From: an uncultured Methanomassiliicoccales archaeon
Lineage (GTDB): Archaea; Thermoplasmatota; Thermoplasmata; Methanomassiliicoccales; UBA472
Direction of reading: 5' to 3'
Assembly (NCBI GenBank): GCA_963695345.1
Contig: OY968769.1
Location: 1,952,001 to 2,016,000 of the forward strand
Length of the DNA stretch: 64,000 nt
The notes beneath the pieces were generated by a model. The model did no database searches, was not told the origin of the DNA, and saw only the letters and a list, made by a program, of their open reading frames with translations. Of the stretch, positions 56,912 through 64,000 are shown in pieces. Each line of letters begins with the position of its first letter. The first letter of the stretch is position 1. The position numbers were made by a program, and so were the translations under genes.

Positions 56912-58177
56912 TCATTTCACGCCATCGGCGGTTGCCTTCTTCTTTTCCTGCGGTTCATGCGATCTGAAACTGACATAGATCAAGATATCGTAAATTATCT
57001 TGACCCCGCCGGCGATGAAGAACGGGGCGCTGAGAAGGGAATTGTCGCTGAGAAGGAAGCCGGTAAATAGCAGCGCCACCGAGGAACCGACGGTCCTGGC
57101 AACCCCGGTTATACCTGCGGCAGCCGACCTTTCGTCCTCGCACACCACCGCTATCACGTACGCCTGCCTGGTAGGAACGTCCATCTGGGAGATGCTGAAC
57201 CGGAGCAGAAGGATAACCAGCGCCAGGCTGAAATCGGGCATCAATGGTACGAGCATAAGAAGTATGTTCGAGGGAATATGGGTATAGACCATCGTCCTGA
57301 TGAGCCCAATGCGTTTGGCCAACCAGACCGCCGATAGGGCAGATATGCCCGCCAGTATGTTGGCCATGAAGAAAACTGTACCCAAGGTCCCCGGGTCGGT
57401 GCCGAATCGGACAAAGAACCAGTACGCCAGGATGCTCTGGACGATGAATCCCCCTCCGAATGCGTCCATCGAGAACAGCGCGGAGAGCCTGAGCACCATC
57501 TTTTTTGAGCGGTGCAGACCGAATCGCCGCCTGATGCCGTCGGGTTTGACGGTCTTGACCTCCACACGGGAGGAGAGCCCAAGGAACAGTGTGACCAGCA
57601 CAGCACCGAAGATCGCATACCCGATGATGATCGAACGGTAGCTGTCAATGATGCTCATCCCTCCATTCTGCATGACCTGCGCGAACCAGCCGCCGGCCAG
57701 CGTCCCGGAGGCCATGGCGAAGGAGCCAAGCAGGTTGTACCAGGCGAATACCTTCGTCCGCTCTTCCTCGGGAACGATGTGGGAGAGCGAGGCCTGCTCA
57801 ATCGATAGGAATGGTCCGACCTCGTTGCCGGATGGGGAGATAACTCCGATAATTGCCGCCACCAGGATAACGGCGAAGTTATTGGTCAGGGCAAAGACAG
57901 CTCCGGCGAAGAGCATGAGGACGCCCCCGATCATCAGCATCTTCTTCCTGCCGAAGCGATCCGCCCGGGTGGTAATGAGCAGGGAGATGATCGTGTCTCC
58001 CACCAAGGTCAACGCCAGAAGCATTCCGACCTGGATATCGGTTAGTCCTATCTCGACAAGATAAAGCACCAGTACGATGGAAAGGAAACCATAGGCGAAC
58101 AGGCGGACACCTCTGGTCAAGAACAGGAGACCGCCGTCCCTCCCCAACCGTTGGTCTGGAGATTCTTTCGAGTCCAT
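56912..58177 (-). CDS. MFS transporter
   Basis: ADRFGRKK, SPSGNEVGPF, DAFGGG, SQMDVPTRQ; about 12 transmembrane helices. Confidence 0.9.
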   Translation of the reverse strand: MDSKESPDQRLGRDGGLLFLTRGVRLFAYGFLSIVLVLYLVEIGLTDIQVGMLLALTLVGDTIISLLITTRADRFGRKKMLMIGGVLMLFAGAVFALTNNFAVILVAAIIGVISPSGNEVGPFLSIEQASLSHIVPEEERTKVFAWYNLLGSFAMASGTLAGGWFAQVMQNGGMSIIDSYRSIIIGYAIFGAVLVTLFLGLSSRVEVKTVKPDGIRRRFGLHRSKKMVLRLSALFSMDAFGGGFIVQSILAYWFFVRFGTDPGTLGTVFFMANILAGISALSAVWLAKRIGLIRTMVYTHIPSNILLMLVPLMPDFSLALVILLLRFSISQMDVPTRQAYVIAVVCEDERSAAAGITGVARTVGSSVALLFTGFLLSDNSLLSAPFFIAGGVKIIYDILIYVSFRSHEPQEKKKATADGVK

Positions 58178-58377
58178 ATGCATTCCTGGTCTGAGGCCGG
58201 TCCGTTCTATGTATGTGAATTGACTGGGTGATATTAAATGAAAACCCGGCCGACCGCCAAGAGAACTGAAGGGCCTGGTTAGAGCCTTGACAGGAATCAA
58301 TATGCGTTGGCCAATCGGAGGTAATTATCCCATCATAATCCGAAAATCTTTAGTATGCCCCTTTTTATGGAGATAGG

Positions 58378-58567
58378 TCCGCATGACAGCTGGTATCACG
58401 ACAGTACTGTCCCCCAGGGGACTGCAAAAGGCCGGTAGTGTCGTTGATGGGGCGTTCCGAACTTATATCCATCAAACACTGGGGCGCTCGTTCAAACCAC
58501 GGTCATGCCCGTTGCCGGCCGGAAAGGCCGCATCGCCGGATCAGGTCCAGGTAGGAAGGGAAAATAG
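58378..58567 (+). ncRNA. Candidate structured 5' leader of the homocitrate synthase operon
   Basis: Follows BRE/TATA (58341-58355); closing stem 58381-87/58502-08 encloses two hairpins, and a further hairpin lies at 58516-58530. No match to a family I can name. Confidence 0.4.
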
Positions 58568-59746
58568 ATGATGAACAGGGACGAAGTACTTGCCAAATTG
58601 AACCAGCACCAACTAGTAATCTGCGACACCACCTTGAGAGATGGAGAGCAGGCCGCTGGAATAGTCTTCGCTAACCTGGAGAAGATACGCATCGCAAAGC
58701 TCCTGGACGAGGTCGGGGTACAGCAGATAGAGGCAGGCATCCCGGCCATGGGAGGGGACGAGAAGGCAGCGGTCAAGGACATCGCGCACCTCGGGCTGAA
58801 CGCATCCGTGCTGGGATGGAACCGGGCCAACCCGGCCGATATCGCGCATTCCATCGATTGCGACGTCGATTCGGTCGCCATCTCGATGTCGTCGTCGGAT
58901 ATCCACATCGAGCACAAGCTCATGAAGACCAGGGAATGGGTCATTGAGAAGCTGGTCGAATCCATCGAGTACGCCAAGGCGCATGGTCTGTACATATCGG
59001 CCAACGCAGAGGACGCGTCCCGGGCCGACAAGGACTTCATTATCACGTTCGCCAAGGCGGCCAAGGAGGCCGGGGCGGACCGTTTCCGGTATTGCGATAC
59101 CCTGGGAATTCTCGAGCCGCGCCGGACATATGATGAGATCAAGAGGATCATCGAGGAGGCCAAGATCGACGTGGAGATGCATACCCACAACGATTTCGGC
59201 ATGGCCACCGCGAACGCGCTGGCGGGCGTCCAGGCCGGTGCTAAGGTCGTATCCACCACCGTCCTCGGTATCGGCGAGCGCACCGGCAACACTCCCATGG
59301 AGGAGATCGCCATGGTGGGCAAGCACATACTGAAGATGGACACAAATTTCGACACCTCCCGGTTCGTCGAGGTCTCGGGTTATGTGGCCCGTGCGGCCGG
59401 CAGGGACATACCGGCCTGGAAGCCGATCGTGGGCTGCAACTGCTTCGCGCACGAGGCGGGCATCCACACCGACGGGGTCATCAAGTATTTCTCCAACTAC
59501 GAGCCGTACACGCCGGAAGAGGTCGGCCTCACACGCAAGATCATCATCGGCAAGCACTCCGGCCGTCACACCCTGAAGCAGGTGTTGGCGAAGCGCGGGT
59601 ATGAGATCGACGATGATGTCGCCGGCATCCTGCTGGAGCATGTCCGGGCGAACTCGGTCGCCTTGAAGCGCAGCATCACCGAGAACGAGCTTGTCTACAT
59701 CTATCTGGATTACCGGGCTAGCATACCAGGTAACAATGTCGAGTGA
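58568..59746 (+). CDS. aksA: Homocitrate synthase (AksA/NifV-like DRE-TIM, no regulatory domain)
   Basis: DTTLRDGEQ, GWNRA, H.HNDFGMA.AN, GIGERTGN, HEAGIH.DG, GKHSG. Confidence 0.8.
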   Translation: MMNRDEVLAKLNQHQLVICDTTLRDGEQAAGIVFANLEKIRIAKLLDEVGVQQIEAGIPAMGGDEKAAVKDIAHLGLNASVLGWNRANPADIAHSIDCDVDSVAISMSSSDIHIEHKLMKTREWVIEKLVESIEYAKAHGLYISANAEDASRADKDFIITFAKAAKEAGADRFRYCDTLGILEPRRTYDEIKRIIEEAKIDVEMHTHNDFGMATANALAGVQAGAKVVSTTVLGIGERTGNTPMEEIAMVGKHILKMDTNFDTSRFVEVSGYVARAAGRDIPAWKPIVGCNCFAHEAGIHTDGVIKYFSNYEPYTPEEVGLTRKIIIGKHSGRHTLKQVLAKRGYEIDDDVAGILLEHVRANSVALKRSITENELVYIYLDYRASIPGNNVE

Positions 59747-59766
59747 AGATTCAAGGAGCGGTTAAA

Positions 59767-61018
59767 ATGGGCACAATGTCAGAGGAAATCCTTTCAGCGC
59801 ACGTGGGAAAGAAGGTCAAGGCCGGCGACATAGTCGTCGCCCCGGTGGACTTCATGATGTCCCAGGACGGCACGACCGGGCTCACGATCAAAGCGTTCAA
59901 CGACATGGGCGGGAAGAAGATACTGGACCCGTCGAAGTACGCCATCGTCATCGACCACAATGCCCCCTCTCCGTTGGAGGGGGTTTCCAACATCCATAAG
60001 CAGATGAGGGAGTTCGCCTCGAAGTACGGCGCCAAGCTGTACGACGTCGGTGACGGCGTCTGCCACGTCCTGGTCCCGGAATCGGGAAGGGCCTTGCCGG
60101 GGACGATCATAATCGGCGCCGATTCGCACACCTGCACCTACGGCGCGCTGAACTCGTTCGCCACCGGTGTCGGAAGCACCGACATGGCCGCCGCGCTGAT
60201 AAGCGGCAAGATGTGGTTCAAGGTACCGGAAACTATCAAACTGGTCTATAATGGCAAGCTGCAGGACGGAGTCTATTCCAAGGATGTCGCCCTGCATATG
60301 GTCGGTACGCTCACCGCGAACGGCGCCACATACAAGGCGCTCGAGCTCTACGGGGATATCATCGATAACATGTCGGTCGAGGCCAGAATGACAATATCCA
60401 ATCTTGCGGTGGAGACCGGTGCCAAGGTCGGGTTGATGCGCTGCGACAAGAAGACCGATGCCTACCTGAAGGGGAGGGCGGAGGCAAAATACGCCCCGGT
60501 GGTCTGCTTCTGACGACGCTAAGTATGAGCGTGTGGTCGAGGAGGACCTATCCGATATGCCACCGCAGATAGCCTGTCCGCCGGACGTGGACAATGTCGT
60601 ACCGATCAACAAGGTGGAAGGGCTCAAGCTGGACCAGATATTCATCGGCACCTGCACCAACGGTAGGGGCGAGGACCTGGAGATCGCCGCCAAGATACTG
60701 GACGGCAAGCAGGTCTCCAAGAGCCTAAGGCTGCTGGTGGCGCCCGCTTCCAGGGAGATATACCTGAACGCTCTGCACGATGGAACGGTGGAAACGCTGG
60801 TCAAGGCAGGCGCCATCATGATGACCCCATCCTGCGGTCCGTGCGTGGGAACCTGCAATGGCATCCCGTCCGACGCGGAGAATGTTCTCTCGACGGCAAA
60901 CCGCAATTTCAAGGGACGCATGGGCAACATCAAGGCGGACATATACCTCGCGTCACCGGCGACCGCGGCCTATTCCGCCATAAAAGGTTGCATTGCCGAC
61001 CCCAGGGAGGTGCTGTAA
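59767..61018 (+). CDS. aksD: Homoaconitase / isopropylmalate dehydratase large subunit, frameshift near 60505
   Basis: DH..P, GVCH, GADSHTCT.G, GTCTNGR, CGPC.G, NRNF.GR, YLASP. Confidence 0.82.
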
Positions 61019-61520
61019 ATGGAGTAGCCAAGGAAAGGCACACGTCTTCGGTAAGAACATCAACACCGACTACATCATTGCCGGCAAGTACAAGTTCAAG
61101 AGCCTGGACATGAAGGATTTGTCGACGCACCTGATGGAGGACCTGCGCCCCGGTTTCTACAAGGAGATCGAGCAGGGCGACTTCATCGTGGCCGGGGAGA
61201 ACTTCGGCATGGGTTCCAGCCGCGAACAGGCTCCATTGGTGATACAGGCGGCCGGATGCTCGGCGGTCATCGCCAAGTCGTTCGCCAGGATTTTTTACCG
61301 CAACTGCATCAACGTGGGATTGCCGCTGATCGAGTGCGACACCTCCGGGATCGAGGAGGGCGACGTCCTGAAGGTCGATCTGGAGAAAGGCATCGTCCAT
61401 AATCTGACCAAGGGCAAGGAGATCAAGACGACCCCGTTACCGAAGGTCATGGTCAAGATCCTCAGCGAGGGCGGTCTGGCCGAGCATTTCAAGAAACACG
61501 GCGGGTTCAACCTGGATTGA
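61019..61520 (+). CDS. aksE: Homoaconitase / isopropylmalate dehydratase small subunit, indel near the start
   Basis: [32 protein letters not shown]. Confidence 0.82.
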
Positions 61521-61603
61521 AAACTCTAAAACCTATGTCGGGCAGAGCAATGATGTCTCTGCCAGATATTTCATTTTATACGCTGGGAAGAATCCGAATC
61601 AGG

Positions 61604-62080
61604 TTAGGGTTGGATGAGTGATATGAACTCTTCAACCTTTTTCTGCCAGCCTTCCTCCAAGGGTCCCTTCAGACCGGTCACCAGCACCTTTCCTTCAGCG
61701 ACCTTCTGCAAACCTTTGGACTGTAGCAGCTCGTTCATAATCGGTATGATGCGCTGCCACTTGGCCATTTCTTCTTCGGTGGGCATCTGGCCGGTCTTCT
61801 TGTTCGGCTGGGGGGCCCCCTGGGTGGTCAATATGGCATATTTGGTCCCGGAAGGCAGGTTGATCTTTTTCAGGAAACGGCGGACGCTCCCGATGGGTTT
61901 CCCTATCCTCCCCGGTGAGCTGAATACGTACAGATCGGCTGCTGCTAGCTCTTTCGGTCTAACGTCCCTGATGTGATGAATGTTCACGGTGGATCCCTTC
62001 GCTTCCATGAGTTTCTTGAACTCCGCAGCAACGATCTCACCGTTTCCGTATTTCGACGCGTGATAGTACTCGATCTTCAT
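61604..62080 (-). CDS. Flavodoxin-like protein
   Basis: YHASKYGNG, DLYVFSSP, GLKGPLEEG. Confidence 0.8.
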   Translation of the reverse strand: MKIEYYHASKYGNGEIVAAEFKKLMEAKGSTVNIHHIRDVRPKELAAADLYVFSSPGRIGKPIGSVRRFLKKINLPSGTKYAILTTQGAPQPNKKTGQMPTEEEMAKWQRIIPIMNELLQSKGLQKVAEGKVLVTGLKGPLEEGWQKKVEEFISLIQP

Positions 62081-62256
62081 CGCAAACCCCCACTAATATA
62101 TGATGTGCTCTGATATTAATTGTTAGCCCTTTGCGCTACATCTTCGAGACCTCAACACAAGAAATGACCGATGGTTCATCGATGTCCATTCTACATGGTC
62201 TAATGTGATGTCCCAATGAAATTATTCCGGCAATGGAACGGAACAAGCGACCAATG

Positions 62257-63270
62257 TCACTCCTTCTTGTTCATCGCTCCGTTAATGGCGATCTCGGCGA
62301 TGTCCATGGAGTACATGGTGGTCCTGATTATCGAATCTATGACATTGGTCGCGACGACCGCGGTCTTGTTGGATGGCAAACGAATCTCCGTGCTCAACTT
62401 CTCCAAGCTTGCCACCAGGGCATTTCCCGCATCGATCGCCGCATTCGCCGCTCCGATATCCTTGAGGAAGAACGCTTCGATCGACCGATCAAGGACCTCC
62501 ATTGATCTGGCTGACAATGCCAATATGGAATCCAGGTCCTCCATCTTGACTTTTGCCTCTGTAGCGATCACCGCGTTCTTTGCGATCTTTTCGGCATGAT
62601 CGCCAATACGCTCGACCCCCCTGGCCACCAGCATGAGGTTCATTCCTTCGTAGATATCAACGCCAATACGTTCCCCGAGCTTGCGATCCTTGATGATGAG
62701 GTTATACTGCTTCACTGCCATCCAGTATAGACGGTCTACATCGGCGTCACGATCGACGATGTCATGCGCCATCTCTACGTCTCGGTCCCTGAGGGCTTCC
62801 ATGGCGTCCTTGTGCATCGAGCTTACGATCAGATGCATCCTACGGACGCACTTTTCCTGTGGCAGTTCCACCGGGTCGGAAAGGTCGTGCATCACCACAC
62901 TGTTACTTGTCTCCTCGATCACCTCCGGCCCGATGACCAGCCTAGCGAAGTCCTTGATCGCATGTTTTATGTCGTGGTCGATGCGGTCTTTGGACCGGAC
63001 CTCAATGATATTGAATCCGGCAAGATAAGCGCCGATGAGTTTTCTTGTCAGATGTTCTTCCGATTCTTCTTTCTCAATGCGGATCGTCCGCCTTGCAGGT
63101 TCCTTCTTCCTGTCACTCCGGGGATCGACCGACACCGTCCCGTCCGGCATCACCTGCATGCTTACCGAATCCCCAGCCTTGAGCCCTTGTGAGATGATCC
63201 AGTCCTTCGGCAATGAGACCGTCATGGTCGAGGCCCCGGTCTTCTGAATCCTACGTATGTCCACTGACAT
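62257..63270 (-). CDS. phoU: Archaeal phosphate uptake regulator (AbrB-like N-terminus + PhoU domains)
   Basis: RRIQKTGASTMTVSLPKDW, YLAGF, D.DVDRLY, ERIGDHA..IA, DIAE. Confidence 0.92.
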   Translation of the reverse strand: MSVDIRRIQKTGASTMTVSLPKDWIISQGLKAGDSVSMQVMPDGTVSVDPRSDRKKEPARRTIRIEKEESEEHLTRKLIGAYLAGFNIIEVRSKDRIDHDIKHAIKDFARLVIGPEVIEETSNSVVMHDLSDPVELPQEKCVRRMHLIVSSMHKDAMEALRDRDVEMAHDIVDRDADVDRLYWMAVKQYNLIIKDRKLGERIGVDIYEGMNLMLVARGVERIGDHAEKIAKNAVIATEAKVKMEDLDSILALSARSMEVLDRSIEAFFLKDIGAANAAIDAGNALVASLEKLSTEIRLPSNKTAVVATNVIDSIIRTTMYSMDIAEIAINGAMNKKE

Positions 63271-63289
63271 TCACCTCTTCTACCCTTAG

Positions 63290-63390
63290 TATGTAATATC
63301 AAGGTATTGTATTTACAATATATACTATACTTACATGAATATATACAAATTATGTGAATATGTTCTATTTCGATTATCCATATAAACTCG
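63290..63390. promoter_or_regulatory. AT-rich divergent phoU/pstS promoter region with repeats
   Basis: Palindrome TATTGTA-TT-TACAATA (63305-63320); AATATATAC at 63317 and 63338; TATAAA at 63381. Confidence 0.6.
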
Positions 63391-63546
63391 ACCTCACTGT
63401 GTTGAAATGACAGATGATGCCGGAACGGAGAACAAGAGATCATCGGCGGACTTGTGCGGTGGCCTATCCATTGTCGAGGCTTGATGTAAGTCCAAGAGGT
63501 CCATATTCTCCGATCCGTGCGGATATCTGCGAACACGGTGATACAA

Positions 63547-64000
63547 ATGGAAAAGAAGAACATGTACCTGGCCATTGCTGTCGTGGCCATCATAATTATC
63601 GCCGGGGTCGGTTTTGCGTTGTTGAACAACAACAATTCAACTGCTCCGGCATCGACGGTGACGATCAAACAGAAGGGGTCGGACACCATGCTTGAATTGA
63701 GCCAACTTTGGTCTGAGGCCTACCACGAGAACAACACAAATGTTAACGTGGATGTTTCCGGAGGTGGGAGCGGAGTAGGTATCCAGGCATTGATGGATAA
63801 CAGGGTCGACATCGCTCAGTCCTCCAGGGCCATGACCGCTTCTGAAAAAGAGAACATGACGGCATCGGGCAGAACTCCTCTCGAGATATCGGTCGCTGTC
63901 GACGGTATCGCCATCATCCTCAACAGTGCGAACGGCGTGACGTCCCTGACCATGAACCAGCTGAAGGGCCTGTACAACGGGTCGATCACCAACTGGAACC
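63547..64000 (+). CDS. pstS: Phosphate ABC transporter substrate-binding protein, 3'-partial
   Basis: Membrane anchor, then KGSDT, GGGSG.G, DIAQSSR, VAVDG, ITNW. Confidence 0.93.
   Translation, partial: MEKKNMYLAIAVVAIIIIAGVGFALLNNNNSTAPASTVTIKQKGSDTMLELSQLWSEAYHENNTNVNVDVSGGGSGVGIQALMDNRVDIAQSSRAMTASEKENMTASGRTPLEISVAVDGIAIILNSANGVTSLTMNQLKGLYNGSITNWN

Noticed and set aside
58317-58330. NrpR operator (GGAG-N6-ATCC)
   Set aside because: Two mismatches to GGAA-N6-TTCC and only a single copy.
58370-58490. Canonical lysine riboswitch or SRP RNA
   Set aside because: AGTA, AAAAGG and GGGGCGCT resemble parts of the lysine aptamer, but the AGAGGYGC/GCCGAA core and helix count do not fit; the SRP helix-8 motif is incomplete.
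61019-61030. In-frame amber at codon 3 of aksE (ATG GAG TAG) as a pyrrolysine site
   Set aside because: That frame is not the AksE frame; two missing G bases (ATG GGA GTA GCC AAG GGA) explain it.

Overview
Core chromosomal region of a high-GC (~60%) archaeon. Gene content (Dph5, Trm5, pelota, HerA/Mre11/Rad50, archaeal CobY/CobT/CbiZ-CobZ, the ADH/DHQ-synthase-II shikimate route, aspartate-semialdehyde homocysteine genes, MEDS domain, AksADE-like genes) points to a Thermoplasmatota methanogen, most likely Methanomassiliicoccales; this placement is inferred. Left to right: rad50-mre11-(CPA2 antiporter)-herA; a divergent FtsZ-like gene; dph5/trm5; dcd; a MEDS-PAS sensor; a cobamide uptake/salvage cluster (btuFCD-cobD-cbiB-cbiS-cobS-cobY, convergent cobT, ApgM-like gene); hypF; gcvH; a B12-binding radical SAM enzyme; mtnP; two flavoredoxins; a ~20-kb minus-strand amino-acid biosynthesis supercluster (aro, tyrA, asd, homocysteine, his, lysC, pheA); an ACT regulator; a DMT transporter; carAB; pelota; an MFS transporter; homocitrate synthase/homoaconitase; flavodoxin; phoU; and the start of pstS. 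Dozens of single-base indels break essential genes and are almost certainly sequencing or assembly errors, so many gene boundaries are reconstructed across frames. No rRNA, tRNA, CRISPR or mobile element was seen. The most notable signals are: (1) a palindrome, consensus WTGGAT-N5-RTCCAA, at the predicted transcription starts of three cobamide-cluster units, implying a protein-regulated B12 regulon that includes an uncharacterised ApgM-like enzyme; (2) a B12 radical SAM enzyme with a possible lipid-binding C-terminal domain; and (3) a structured ~190-nt leader upstream of the homocitrate synthase operon.
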